NCBI GenBank assembly: GCA_040954595.2 | Contig: CM082587.2 | Span: 11,041,403 to 11,105,402 of the forward strand | DNA from: Balanoglossus misakiensis | Lineage: Eukaryota > Animalia > Hemichordata | Length of the DNA: 64,000 bases | Direction of reading: 5' to 3' | Shown here: positions 26,446-39,087 of the stretch, in pieces | Layout of the letters: the number at the start of each line of letters is the position of its first letter | How positions within the stretch are numbered: position 1 is the first letter of the stretch | Program-made: the position numbers and the translations under genes | The notes under the pieces: model-generated | Told to the model about the DNA's origin: nothing | The model's database searches: none | What the model saw: only the letters and a program-made list of their open reading frames with translations

Positions 26446-27196
26446 TTAGGCTGCATTCACAAACACCTCTGGAGGGGGGGGGCAGGAGAATTGAGGGGGG
26501 GGGGATTTGAAAAAATTGAGGTTATGTAAGGGGGGGATTTGAAATAATTTAGGGACTGAAAGGGGGGGACTTGAAAACTTTAACGACTAAATATTTATTT
26601 TGAGTCCACAAAAATGCAGTTTCGCGCCCTTTATTTTACAAAATTTTCTAATGTGGGAGGGGGACACCCCCTCCTACACCCACCCCCTCCATTCATCAAC
26701 ACCTTTCAATCATTGACTGGTTTATCTAGTGTCCCAGGTCAAGGGACTTGCCCCACTCCATGATGACATTGAGCGCCGACGGTTAAATTTGTCCTCCCCA
26801 ACATACCGGTAGTTGAGTTAATTTGCTTTTGCCGGGTTCATTAAAATGCAGCTTTGAGCTCTGTATTTTATAATTTTTTTAGAAAAAACCCACCCCCTTC
26901 AATTCTCGGTTTACAATGTCTCCCAACACAGAATACAAATATGTGTACTTAAAAAATAAAAACAATGTTCAGTTTTAATACCCACTGATGAGGGGAAACA
27001 TCAGTTTCAAATTCTTTTCATGGGAGCGCTGTTTTTTCTTTTTACAAGATAGATAGGTGATGTGTTTTGCTTTGTGAAAAAAAATGGGGGGGGGGATTTC
27101 AAAATTTTGGCAGTTCGGAAGGGGGGGATTTGAAAATATTGGCAGTTCGGAAGGGGGGCATGTGAAAATTAGCGGTAAAAAAAAATTAATTCTCCC
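26446..27196. mobile_element. G-tract MITE-like element, right end truncated
   Basis: Begins TTAGGCTGCATTCACAAACACCTCTGGAGGGGG..GGAGAATT, contains repeated GGGGGGATTTGAAA motifs and ends at AATTCTCC (partial TIR). It shares a core with 5398-6150. Confidence 0.55.
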
Positions 27197-29419
27197 GTGT
27201 CACGGTCAGGATATAAGCTTAGAATCGGCAGGCGCTAGGCGTACACGCGTAGAACGGGTGGAAGAACTATGACATACGCTTTGACTTTCGGAATTTTGCA
27301 CTTCGTTTCATCTCATTTTCGGGGAAGAAAAGACGAATCATTTAATGGACTATGTGAAATGTGCTTTGGTTTTCAAAAATCGGCAATTATTTGAGAATAA
27401 AGTCCTCGCGTGTCAATAGCCGGCCACCTACGCACTGGGTATTGACACGCGCCTGTCAATAGACACTCCGTTTTTTAAAAGATGCTCTCCGAGAAAAATG
27501 TTTTGGCTTTCCGAAATAAACCATGGAGATACATTACATGGAGCGACGGGCTTGAGACAATACCGTTGTATATATAGGACCCAGTCTGGAATCCGGACAA
27601 ACGTGCTAGCGAAAAACACGCCAGTCGGGATTGAGACTATTTAGGACCTGAACCATGGAAAGACAACTCTACGAACATCGTTAAAATGACAAACGGACGC
27701 GGACATACATGTGTTCGTTTGAATTCTACATCATTTTCTCCTTCCTATTTTTTGCCTTTCCAAAGTCGGCACCGCAATTACTTACAGAATTTTAAAAGTT
27801 GCGTTGGGTTCGTAGTGTCGATAAAATAAACTTTTCATACTGGTATTCTATATATGTTTAAGTCAATCACTGTCGACGTCGGCAACCCAGACTAATATAG
27901 GCCTACAGAAAACTCGAACAAATTAAAAAGATCACATTACTAGTATTTTCGAGTCGGAAGATGTGTAGTCATAAGCGAGAAACGATAATGTAACCAGGAA
28001 CACAAGTTTTCATGACTGATTAACTCCTTTATTATCACTGGCGTTTGTGATTGTCGCCACTCAACCTGGTCGCCACTCGTGCGATACAGGCCTGAACTAC
28101 TTCCTGTCACATGAAGACGAGCCTTGACAAACTTCGTGAAACAGGCAACAAAGGGCGCAAGAGGCTTTGATCACTCCATTGTTGCGGAGTTGTCGTTAAT
28201 GGTTTCTGAAATATTTTTATTCAAAAAAATGAACACACTGTTCCCTCTGCGGGTATCTTTACAGTCGGTGCTTTACTTTCCTCAACATATAGTTTTGGTT
28301 CAAGAAACGTTTGGTGTATTATATATAATCCCATTAGTTTGAAGTCATCGTATACCAGTGGTTTTCGCGGAGCCGTGCAACTTTGAGCTGTAGGCGAGAA
28401 GTTGGTATGCTTTTGCGATTCTTTGCTAAAGCATCTACTCACAGAATTTGTTAAGGTTTTTTGTGAAAACAACGAACTGAAGCCCACGATGTTCTGGTCT
28501 ATTGGAATTGGGTGAAAAAAATGCGGCCGCTGTGTCGTTAGCTACGGCTAAAGATACCTTACAACCGCCGCTCGTCTGCCACGACAGTCGCGTCGCGTCA
28601 GTGATAATGAGGAGTTGATCGAGTGTGTGTGGCGGTAGAAATTATTATTTAGTACGTAGATTACGCTCGGGCTCTGTGCACATTTGAAAGTAACGCTGCT
28701 AAAATTGACATGGGCTTCGCTTCGGTATAAATTCATTTGGGAAAAGCAACCGGAACCACATGTTCTCCTAACAGTGTGAACAGCTACGAGAACACGTTCC
28801 CTGAATAACTTGGGTTTGAGCTGTGCTGAAAAATTCAACAAGAAAATCACACGATAATGTCGTCAGTGACGTGAATTAATTCACATGACGATTTGCGGAG
28901 AGAAATTAGATTCGGTACAACCATGGCAATAGGGAGACGTAACGTTGTTGGCTTAGGCCTTTGAGGCCGCCGGCCGTAGGTCGCTGTTGGGGACTACTCT
29001 CATTGTCTCTGTTGGGGGCCCCATCGGCGATTGCCTCAAACGGTACGAGACCTGTGTGGAGGCCGACCAATGAAAGAAGCCCTTTTCGATATAACAGTGC
29101 CATAGTTGATCTTTTCAAACAAACAGCTGCAATAGATATGGACCAAGCAAGTCTTTGTTCGCTAATGTGTGTCAACAAACACTTAATTATCACCTCCTTG
29201 GAAGTCTCCCTATGGGTGCTACTGGGATGGTATTCAAAGTCAGATTTTAAGATTTTCCAGTCGTAAAAAAAAAACGTTGGAACAGTTTTGAATGTTGGAT
29301 TTCATCAGGCATCGGCATACATAGTATTGCCAAACTCGGGAATTTGCCCGGAATGACAAACAGGTAGAAATACAATTTTCAGGGAGTGGGTGTGATTTTT
29401 GTTTGTACCCACAAAAAAT

Positions 29420-29450
<31 letters not shown>

Positions 29451-29533
29451 TAAGTAAAAAAAAAAAAACATAATTTTTTATAGCCAAAATACACACCTTT
29501 ATTAATAAACGAAAACAAAATATATACATAAAT

Positions 29534-30893
29534 CTAATTGCTTGTATTATCTGACACATTTCCCCGTACCCTGACAGCCCACTTTGGTGCCCCTGCCGGT
29601 ATTTCTCTCGACGAAAAGGTGTCGCTGGTCTCTACTTCGACCAACATTCTCTTGGACGCCCTCGAACAGGTCTTCAAAAAGCAGTCGTCCCAAGCCTTTT
29701 TGCATCGTTTCAGCTCTTTTCGTTCCCATGGCAGCCTTTTTCTAGTTCTCTTGGACCCCGCGCTTGCCTGGCTGTCTTCTCCAGCACTCTCGGAGCTGTG
29801 ATAGTCGCAGACTTTTGTAATATCTCTTGCAGGCTTCTATGATATGAAAGGGAGACAATGTTATCTTATCAATTATAAGCAATTCAAACGTATTAAATTG
29901 TAATTGTTGTACCCTATTGCAGAAGCAGCTTTCTAACTAGGAAAATACACTGAATGTTGACAATCCGGTTGTAAACACCCTCTGACATATATAATGCCCC
30001 CAAAACAAAGGTAAAACTACTCAACGGTTACAAAACGTCGCATTTCCTTCATAAAGTTTTAAATACCTTTTATGACAGCTCTCTCCCACTTATTCCTCCC
30101 ATAGGATGCTTGAACTTCTACTACTAATTTACCAATGGTGGTTTGGTTGTTAGTAGAATTCACATTGCACCTGTTTAGAAAAGTGAAATGGACATAGAAT
30201 TAATGACTCGTCCCAAGTTCCACCTATATTTAATCCCATACATACTACATACATACTACATCACCATTTTACTCATAGTTGCAGTTGTGGAAGTCATGCA
30301 AACAGTTTTGTGTTTATGGTATCATTGATTCACATCCCGGATTCACGCGATATATTTATATCACATTTTCATAAAATAAAAGAGACAATCAAAAGTGATT
30401 ACAATATGCTATGTGCATAATGTTTACTCACCCATTGGTAAATTAAATCCTTCGAAGTCCGTTTTCAACAATTCTCGATAGACTTCGTGCACAGCATTCT
30501 GAAACATGAAAATAAGAGTTGACAGGATAAATTTACAAGCAACAGAAAATCTACATGCAAACATAGTTTTAGTGACAAAATGGTGTAACTCGTTTCTAAT
30601 CATGTGTCTATTACAGGAAAGAATGATTTAAACTTGAATTACGGTGCCAGAGCATGAACAAGAAACGTGTACAATTTAACTTACAGCACACCCTATTGGG
30701 ATAAGAAGCGCTCTTCGTTTCCTTGGCGCCCCCGCGTCACTCCTGTTTGATTCCATTGCTGAAATCCGCTCCAGCAACATCTTTCGGTCTTCGCGGGCTT
30801 TTCTCAATTCCTCCAGAACTTTTTCTAGCAAATTGTTACCCTTCGGCATGCTGCGTTGCAAGGGTGACGAGAGGACACTCTCCGTTCTATCTT
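29534..30893 (-). pseudogene. Spliced, disrupted gene resembling the accessory ORF of EnSpm/CACTA-type elements (C14orf93-like family)
   Basis: GT-AG exons read ...RKRRALLIPIGCA|gtaagt (~30685-30893), NAVHEVYRELLKTDFEGFNLPM|gtgagt (~30432-30498) and CNVNSTNNQTTIGKLVVEVQASYGRNKWERAVIK|gtattt (~30067-30170). The last exon reads EACKRYYKSLR, shifts frame, then SSES...RKRLPWERKELKRCKKAWDD...SSREIPAGAPKWAV*. One exon-phase mismatch and an internal deletion. Confidence 0.55.
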
Positions 30894-31410
30894 CAATCAA
30901 TCAACAAAGTTTATATAGCGCCAAAATCCAAAAAGAAATGTTGCCCAATGACGCTCATGGTTAAACCACACTGTATGCTCTTTCGAACATATGAGTTTTC
31001 AGTTTTCTTTTGAAAGTCTCCAGGTTTGTTGATTCCCTGATGTCAAGAGGTAGTGCGTTCCACAGTTTAGGGGCTGCATAGGAGAAGGCACGGCCGCCAT
31101 AAGTCTTGTTTTTGTAGGTTGTACATGTTAAAAGTTTCTTGGTGGATGAACGCAGTGTACGAGTGGGAGTGTATGGCTGCAGTAGATCACTGATGTAAGC
31201 TGGAGTCTGGTTTTGGATAACTTTGAACGTTATCAACAAAATTTTGTAGTCGATCCTGAGACGAACTGGTAACCAATGGAGCTGGGCAAGAACTGGAGTG
31301 ATTGGCGTGAATTTCCTAGTGCGCATGACTATTCTGGCTGAAGTATTCTGAGCTCTTTGAAGTAGGGCGATTGTGTTTTCTGGGAGACCATACAGGAGTG
31401 AGTTACAGTG
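30893..31410 (-). mobile_element. 5'-truncated L2-clade LINE: ORF2 C-terminus, 3' UTR and (TTGA)n tail
   Basis: CNSLLYGLP...LQRAQNTSARIV...ITPVLAQLHWLPVRLRIDYKILL...RAFSYAAPKLWNALP...FKRKLKTHMF; the 3' end reads GGCGCTATATAAAC...TTGATTGATTGA. Confidence 0.93.
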
Positions 31411-31831
31411 ATGGTGTTTTCGTTCAGAATGGTGTTTTCTGAGAGGATGTGACTCGCTTTTATGGGTCAAGGTGTGAACATGTGTAACCCCTTATCTTAG
31501 TTGTAATTTGTTAAATTGGGCTGCCGGACGAGCCCGCTCAGTTATAAACTTTTAAAAGGGCCACCTAGGAGGTCGGATCAATGTTTGTTAGTTTGGTATT
31601 TCAACCCACTAGACCGCCGTTCCAAACGTAAAACACGCACAGAATCTCAAAATCAGCCGCAACACTTTCCCCAGATTCACCACCGAAATGCCGAAGTCTC
31701 GCCAAGGTTATCGGCAGCAGTGTCCAGGCTGCCGCCAGAGTTTGGCAGCGCGCACTTTCCGTAATCACAAGAAACGCTATTTCACAAGTTCGGGTGTGTG
31801 GAAATGCAACATGAGCTATTATCAACGCAGC

Positions 31832-33118
31832 TTATTGTATTAATTCACGCTCTAACAGATCTTTGACCTGCCTATCAATCTCCTTCTGCTTCCAGATAGG
31901 AGCACGGTAAGGAGCCTGTCTAATTGGTGGGGCATTACCTGTATTTATTTCATGTTTAATTATCTTAGTGCGACCAATGTCATAGTCTCCGCTGCTAAAT
32001 ACGTCCGCATAGTTCTTTAACAGTTTGGCAACTTTTGTTCGCTGTCCACTATTCAAATGTCTACAGCTTTTTTCATATAGCCCTTTGAGATGTTGTGGGA
32101 CTTGAACAATATCAGTTCCCATCTCTTTTAAATTCTCATCAATCGTGGGGACATCCTCAAACATAGTGCCAGATAGGAAGGAATTGATTTCACCCCCATT
32201 CGAATCTACGCGCAGCAGCCCAACAGTTTCCCGAGGTTTTACACATGTAGTTTCCTCCCCTATGTTCAACACCCTAACAGGGAGGCAAGTTTCCCTTGGG
32301 TCTACTAAGGCCTTACAGGCAACTAACCCTCTCCCGATCAACGTCTCCCCCTTCACTGGTTCAACAATTGCAATGTCAGTCAAGTCAGTTTGGGCCGTGT
32401 CAAACATCGGGATCTCAATTTGAGAGGAATGAATCACTGATACATGTGTTCTAGTATACCCCTCGGCTGCTGATTTATACCCGGCTTCGCCTTTACATGG
32501 TTTACGTGACATACGAGTAGGAATGATCACTTCACAACCCGGTGGGATCTCGGTTCCCACCTCTACCATTAGCCTACAAATGAATGGCCTAACAATCTCC
32601 TTATGACAGACAATCCTTTCTTCCCCTATAATTAATTTGCCCCTTTGAGTGTCCACTAAGCAACCCAAGGCGGAGAGAAAACTCATACCCAACAGGCCAT
32701 CATTTTGTAGCCTAGCCACGAAAACTGGTGCTGTAGCTGCCTGATTCCCTAAACTTATAGTCATACTAGTGAAACCATGTACATTTAATGGTGTGCCATC
32801 AGCTTGTCGGACTTCAGCATTCAGAGTGCGTAACTGTGGTTTGTGGTTGGTCACCATGCGGTCATAAAAATGTGTTGAGATAACTGAATCAGTGGCTCCT
32901 GTATCAATGAGAAAGCTTCCCCTTTCTCCCCCTATAACGGCATTAACATACAAGGCCTGTTTGTGACCTGAGGTCAAACTGTCCTGTGGATTTTCAATCT
33001 GAGTTTTCGAAGAACGCACCCCAGGTTTTGCCCAATTGGTATCATTTGACCTTACAACTGTGGGCCCCTTTCCTAAGACTGGTTGTTGGGCCACCCAACC
33101 AGTCTTTTGCCGTTTCCC
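31832..33118 (-). CDS. pol: Gypsy pol, partial: aspartic protease, spacer and first residues of RT
   Basis: Protease motif FLIDTGATDSVI; RT lead-in LLKNYADVFS..DIGRT..IKHEINTGNAPPIRQAPYR...EIDRQVKDLL, then an abrupt stop. Confidence 0.92.
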   Translation of the reverse strand, partial: GKRQKTGWVAQQPVLGKGPTVVRSNDTNWAKPGVRSSKTQIENPQDSLTSGHKQALYVNAVIGGERGSFLIDTGATDSVISTHFYDRMVTNHKPQLRTLNAEVRQADGTPLNVHGFTSMTISLGNQAATAPVFVARLQNDGLLGMSFLSALGCLVDTQRGKLIIGEERIVCHKEIVRPFICRLMVEVGTEIPPGCEVIIPTRMSRKPCKGEAGYKSAAEGYTRTHVSVIHSSQIEIPMFDTAQTDLTDIAIVEPVKGETLIGRGLVACKALVDPRETCLPVRVLNIGEETTCVKPRETVGLLRVDSNGGEINSFLSGTMFEDVPTIDENLKEMGTDIVQVPQHLKGLYEKSCRHLNSGQRTKVAKLLKNYADVFSSGDYDIGRTKIIKHEINTGNAPPIRQAPYRAPIWKQKEIDRQVKDLLERELIQ

Positions 33119-34586
33119 GAATCGATAGGCCTACTTGGCACTGGACAAACCCTGCGAAGGTGCCCCATTTGTCCACATCGCCAGCATGTAACACTACTGG
33201 GAGTTCTATCTGTTCTCTTGTCCCTTACAGTTTGGTCTCTGGTCCCAACCTGTGATTTTATTTCTGTCTGTAATTCTGAGAGTTTCTCAACTACTGTATC
33301 GGTCATTTGTTTCATGGTTTTGTTGAGAAGTGACAAAGCCTCTCCAGCAGAGTTCCCAGTTGTTGACCCACTTCCACTTACTGAAGACACATTTACTTCA
33401 CAAGTATGTTTACCATGTGTCCGTTTCACAGGGTCATTAGTACTGTTAGAATCATTGACTCTTTCTGCTTGTTGAAAACTCTCTTCACAAACAGCTGCTC
33501 TAACAACCTCATCAAAACTTACACCATCACATCGCCCTTTCTCATTACCTGCACGTCGCAAATGAGTATCGGTCAGTGAATTAAAAAAGTACTCAATGCA
33601 AAGTCGGTCATACATAGGGCCAACAGCTTGTGGGTACCCTAAACTCACTAGTTCTCTCATATCTTGGGCTAACCCCCTTAAAGATTCCTCAGGTTGTCGG
33701 GTTCGCTTGCGTAACGTCAAGCGGTACATGTCATCCCGACCTTCGGTACCAAACCTATGTTCAAGCATATCGCAGAGTGAATTATACGTTAATCCACTAC
33801 GCTTCGCAGTAGTCAACAGCTTATATGCAGGGCCCTTCAATGCAATCTGCAAATACTGAATTTTCTCCCATTCATCCCAGTTATTTAGCTGAGCACATAT
33901 TTCAAAGTGTGTTTTGTAGTCCCTCCATATGTCTGTACCATCATAGCAATCAGGTTTTATTTGTGATTTAATCGATTTATTGGTACCCATTGAAGAAATA
34001 TCATTTGAGGGTGTTCTGTTTGACGGTGTGTAACACAAGTCAAAATTACCACTTCTGATGCCTTTGGGGGATGTCAAATTGTAACCTCCCACTTGTGTAC
34101 CACTGCCTGCACCGATTGTATTGGCCAGTGGTGTTTTATTGGCAGACCCTATTGGAGAATCTCCATTATTCTGATTACCCTGGACTATCTTTGGAGTGCT
34201 TGTCACTATCCCATGTTTTATTTTACCAGGTGTTGGTAGTGTGTACATTCTACCCTCCACACTGTTTGACTTGTCAGGGGTCAAATTTGACTGCCTGGCG
34301 AAGAACCGCTGATATTTTCTTTCAGTTGCGTAAGCAAGTCTGAACGCTGAATTTGTTTTTCAAGAGCAAGTCTTTGTACTTGTTCTTTCAGCAGCAGAGA
34401 TTTTAACTGTGATATTTCCTCCTGCAGCTGTTCATTCGGGGTGGGCCCCTTGCCCCCTATGGCCCCCGCGCCCACTGTACTGTTGTTCTCTTCAACAGCT
34501 TTGCCCCTACTTCCATCTGACTCATGTCCTACACTTGCTTCACTTTTAAACGTAACAACTCTACTATCCACTGACTCATCTGCCAT
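33073..34586 (-). CDS. gag: Gypsy gag, with one frameshift near 34283
   Basis: MADESVDS... coiled-coil segment (34586-34281), then ORF 33073-34284 with capsid-like IKPDCYDGTDIWRDYKTHFEICAQLNNW and CCHC knuckle CWRCGQMGHLRRVC. Confidence 0.9.
33075..33118 (-). promoter_or_regulatory. -1 programmed ribosomal frameshift signal between gag and pol
   Basis: Slippery G GGA AAC in the gag frame (33118-33112), a 5-nt spacer, then an 11-bp stem AAGACTGGTTG/CAACCAGTCTT. The -1 frame is the pol frame. Confidence 0.85.
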
Positions 34587-35021
34587 CGTGATCTCTGGCA
34601 GGGGTATAATGCCACCGACAAAAGAAATTCCCAAGACTCAAGTAAGACACCAAAATTTCCGTGTCCTGTGTCACTCGGTCCTACTGCCCTGTATACGGGT
34701 TTTGTTTTTGTTTTTTTGAAAGATTTAGTGTGGACACGTCGACTGTCACCCGACTCCCTTACACACAAATAATTATGCGAGTAAGTCAGTCCTGTAAGGA
34801 GTACAGTGCCCAAGAAATGCCAGTCTATACTGTCCACAAAATTTCTGCCGCAAAGATTTGATTGTCAAATTAAATGTAATGTCGGACGAGCGAGTGACAC
34901 ACACTTGTATTGCAACCGCGACGCTTACAGGCAAGTAGTTGGTGGAGAATTGTTTCCTGCCACGATCAATGCCAAATAAAACGTCACAGCTACTGGGCCG
35001 AAACATGCAACATTAATGTTA

Positions 35022-35040
35022 AATCCCACCGCTGCCACCA
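35022..35040 (-). promoter_or_regulatory. Primer binding site complementary to the tRNA-Leu 3' end
   Basis: TGGTGGCAGCGGTGGGATT lies two nt after the LTR end and is complementary to ...AATCCCACCGCTGCCA-CCA. Confidence 0.9.
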
Positions 35041-35042
35041 AA

Positions 35043-35550
35043 TGTAATCGTGCGGTTGTCGGGACAAATATGGGTCCGGTTATTTTCCCCAACACGATCA
35101 CAGAGAACTTTCACTGACAAAATGGCGACGATACCGTTCTCGGTCAACAGGTTCCGACTGCAAATCAACGGGTATCACCTGTAATACTTCTTGTAGTTTC
35201 TATGCCCAAAACACAGGGAAGAGAACGTCTGGGTAGGTGGACCTTTCTTTGATGGGAACTCTTTGAGAGGACTTCCACTAAACAGGAGGAATAACTCACA
35301 CAACACGGAGTCGTAGTACGTACGTCTTTTTATATGCCCGGTCACCCCGAAGAGAGCAAACTAATGTACAGAGCTTGCCGCCTAAAATTGCAACATTACC
35401 ATAGGTCCTACGTGACGTAACTAGGCAACGAACAGAATAGGTACAATGAAACTACATAGAACTAGAAGTACATGGCAACCCCATTTGTAAAAGTACTAGG
35501 AATACAGCCTGTTTTACTGTCTACAGATGACGTTCAATGTCTCTGTCACA
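35043..35550 (-). repeat. 5' LTR (~508 bp, TG..CA)
   Basis: Minus strand runs TGTGACAG...CGATTACA next to the PBS, with a TATA-like TATAAAAAG at ~35325-35333. The outer boundary is inferred from the TG end only, as no second LTR is available. Confidence 0.75.
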
Positions 35551-36292
35551 ATATATTAATTAAATGAAATATTCTTTTGGAAGTTTTATATTCTCTAGTG
35601 AACCAGATTTTGTAAAATAATTGTAAGCGCAATACTGTATATATTTAATGTTGCTTGTTGTCATGGTAATTGCTATGAATTTTAAGAAAGTTTTTTTAAA
35701 CATGACTTTGAAATAAAGGATGAACTTTTTGAAGAGAACTTTTCTATGCGTTTTATATGTATGCCTATACATGTATGTTTTATTGATGACCAAATACTCA
35801 ATTGATTTTGGGGGTGGATGGGAGGATATCTGGAGGGAAAAAATGTTGATAGGTGTCAAGGAAAAGAAATTCTTCTGCATTGCCTTGAGGAAAACGATGG
35901 ACTGGCAATCCAAAAAGAATGTTACTGTAACAGTGACTGATTTTTGTTGACATACCCAAATCTTCCATGCAAAGAAATCAAATGGTTTTCCTCAATAAGT
36001 GTGGTGTAAATACTAGTACACACACAAATGATCGAATCACTTTATGTGGAAATTATATCAATTATAGCTGCATTTAGAACACCAGTGTGAGCTTATCTTG
36101 TAAGTTCACATGTATCACCAATCTAACATCAGAGTGACAAACTTCCCTTTCCGTGTTTGCAGGGCTGCAGATCAACTCTCTCTTTTCTTGGTCTGAAAAT
36201 GATCATATGCGGGTGTTTCAGCGACCTCTGACCCCAGTGGTCGGAAGTCACCAGAGAGCTTGACGCAAGTCTGAGGTAGTCGTGGAAACGCA

Positions 36293-36338
36293 GCTGTTCC
36301 GCCGGGGGGATTAGGCCCCCTCCCCCCGGCGGAACAGC
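36293..36338. other. Perfect 18-bp GC-rich hairpin with a 10-nt loop
   Basis: GCTGTTCCGCCGGGGGGA-ttaggccccc-TCCCCCCGGCGGAACAGC. Confidence 0.9.
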
Positions 36339-38128
36339 AGCGTTGCCACAGCTAGGGCTGAGGCAGCGAGCGATTTTTTTTTTCACTGGTGCAGTCTTCA
36401 TCCCGTTTTTGGAAAAACTCAAAACACGTATTTTGCAACTCTCCACAGTAATTTCGGCAATATGCACGCGCATCTCCAAGAAAAGATCAGGTGACATTAC
36501 GGAAACCTTGCAAAGTCCTGAATTGTTGTCATTTAAAACAATAGGAAAACATACTGAAAAACACAGACACTTTTGTGATGCTGATAATGGCCCAGAAGTG
36601 TTACTTTGCATTCAATTCCACTTGTCAATTTCGATCACACATTTCACAGGTTTCCGACCGCTGAAGACAAGCGACAAACATTGACAACGTACACGTGTTT
36701 GCCAGCTTGTTGCTTTCCGATGAGGCCATTACTACTCAGTTTACACATTGCTCTGACTTTCCATGGCCAATGGTTGGTTAGGCGGCGCACAGAAACTGTG
36801 GGCACAGTGATATTACAAGTTTATAATGGCAGCCTATGTCGTTTAAAGACTGCAGACAGCTGTTATGACAAGCCAAAAGTGTTGCTTTAAATAATAGACT
36901 CCGGTCTATGTTTCACTTAGTTACGCACTTTACACTTTAAGTTCACCTGTTCTTGTCGCTAAACATTGACAATACAGACATGATTTCCTTCCAGTGTGAC
37001 CCCACAGCAACAGTGCGCTGGTGTCAGTGTGACAATGCGAACAAAGACTATTTATATGATTGCGAACGGCGACGGACGGTCATTTAGCAACGGCAGAGAC
37101 AAGACAAATCAGCCATTTCATGACATACATGCAGCACACGTACACTGGCGCAATCTGATGCCCCTGGTAATGTTACATTTTCCGGGAGACATTGCTTCGT
37201 GAATAATAATATGTTTCATGGTTTGGGTCACATCTCAACGTCACCGAGAACACTTTTCTGTAACAGTATTCTGTCCTCATTGGTTTGTCCCTGCCTTTGA
37301 TTTTCAAAAAACTCAATGTTGATTTTCGGTGTGCTCAACTTGGGCGGCAAACGGACCCAGTCCGAAAATTTTCGAAGTAACCCGGGGGGGGGGGGTCTAT
37401 ACGCTCGGCCTGTACGTAGGGCTTCTAGTACAACGTACAACCAAGCGTGGCCCGGGATACAATGGTACATGTAGATAAAGTGGTACTGCACTGCTATGCG
37501 TTTCGTATTTCCTAGTAAAACTGTAAACGAATGTGTTTCCATGTGTCATGGTCTACGCAGTCTCTCAATGGGCTGTATGGAAGTGCAACAAACGAATTAT
37601 ACAGCTCCTTTATCATGAAGAGTTGTTGGGCGGCGTTAGCAACGGTGATCAAGTCAGATTTTCTACGGCATGGCTTGGATAAAGCCCCACCACTCTAGAG
37701 CAGAAACACGCGTACAGAGACCACGTTGATCAAGTCTGATCTCCTACGGCTTGGCTCGACTAAAACCCCGGCACACTATGACAGACACTAGCGTTCGTTA
37801 GCAACTTTGATCAAGTCAGATTTTCTACGGCATGGCTTGGCTAAAGCCCTGGCAGTCTAGAGCAGAAACACGCGTACAGAGACCACGTTGATCTACTCAC
37901 ATTTCCATCGGCTTGGCACGGCTGATGCCCCGGCACTATATATAGGACACAGACTGGTGTAAGTTAACAACGGTAATCACATCCTGTTTCCTTCGGCCTG
38001 GCTCAGCTGAAGCCCCGGTACTCTAGAGCAGAAGCACGCGTACACTGACCACGTTGATCAAGTCACATTTCCTACGGCCTGGCTCGACTAAAACCCCGGC
38101 ACACCAAGACAGACACTAGCGTTCGTTA

Positions 38129-39087
38129 CAACACTACATGTGACCAGACTCTTTGTTCTCTTGGGACATTATCTATGATAATGCACTGGTACCAGTGCAA
38201 TATCTGGATATTGCACTGCACCTGGCATAATAAGATTCACTACAACAAACAAGATAGCTTTGACAGGAGGTGCTGCCTCCGGCGGGAAGAACTGCTTCCA
38301 GGTGCACACACTTGGCTCGTCCATCTTTCTTTGTCGTGATCTCTGCGCTGCAGGGCTCAACCTTTGGTTGGGGGTTCGTTTCTACCTCACACACGGATTC
38401 ACCTGAAAGCTTGATTTTTTTCGACGTACCAAAACTTCCCTGAAGTGCCTACGCTGACGTACAATCGAACATTCCTGATCAATATAAAACTACAAATTTA
38501 CAAGTTCCGAGGAAAATGACAGAAAAATGGTACTTACAGACTGAGGATGTGCGCAATGGCGGCTGCAGGCCAGGAGAAAGGCACCCTTGATTTTCTGCAG
38601 GACACTTTCCATGACCGATGGTTTATGTACATTATCTTCAATGAAGCTACCAAAATCTTGGAAAATCCAGTTCATATCGTAAAAGCTACGCCCTTCGCTT
38701 TCGCTTGGGTGTCGGAACGTGCTCCATGGGTAATGAAAAGCTCGTGCTCGTCGCTACTTTCGGCCATGGTGTTTGTCTGTCGAAGGTTGAGTTCCGAATG
38801 ATGATGGAAACGTGGCACCTCAATGACCACGTGACAAATGCCCTGGTTGACAAGTATCCAATCGAAATGAGTCATACACCAGGTGTATTTTGCGAAGCTT
38901 GTGATTGGTTGATGTGGTTGAGAAGTTGTTTAGCATATATCAAGATCACAGATGTTGCGACGTATTGTAAGCCGGATAATGTACTCGTGTCGTGCAATCG
39001 TTTAGATATTGAACGACACTCGGGCCTGCGGCCCTCGTGTCGTTCAATATCTGAACGATTGCACTCCACTCGTACATTATCCTTTAC
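38129..39087 (-). mobile_element. ~960-bp insertion with a terminal 109-bp hairpin; Crypton-like non-autonomous element
   Basis: Interrupts GTTCGTTA|GCAACGG of the subrepeat, with TTA on both sides. An imperfect palindrome at 38974-39082 is centred on GGGCCTGCGGCCC, and a minus-strand ORF start reads MAESSDEHELFIT. Confidence 0.5.

Larger units (their letters stand above)
31832..35550 (-). mobile_element. Ty3/Gypsy LTR retrotransposon, 3'-truncated at the start of RT
   Basis: 5' LTR, PBS, gag with zinc knuckle, -1 frameshift site, protease and RT N-terminus are present. RT core, RNase H, integrase and 3' LTR are absent from the window. Confidence 0.95.

Noticed and set aside
27198-27210. TGTCACG as the end of the Gypsy 3' LTR
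   Set aside because: No similarity to the 35043-35550 LTR.
35022-35040. tRNA-Leu gene
   Set aside because: Only the 3' 19 nt including CCA are present, adjacent to an LTR, so it is a PBS.
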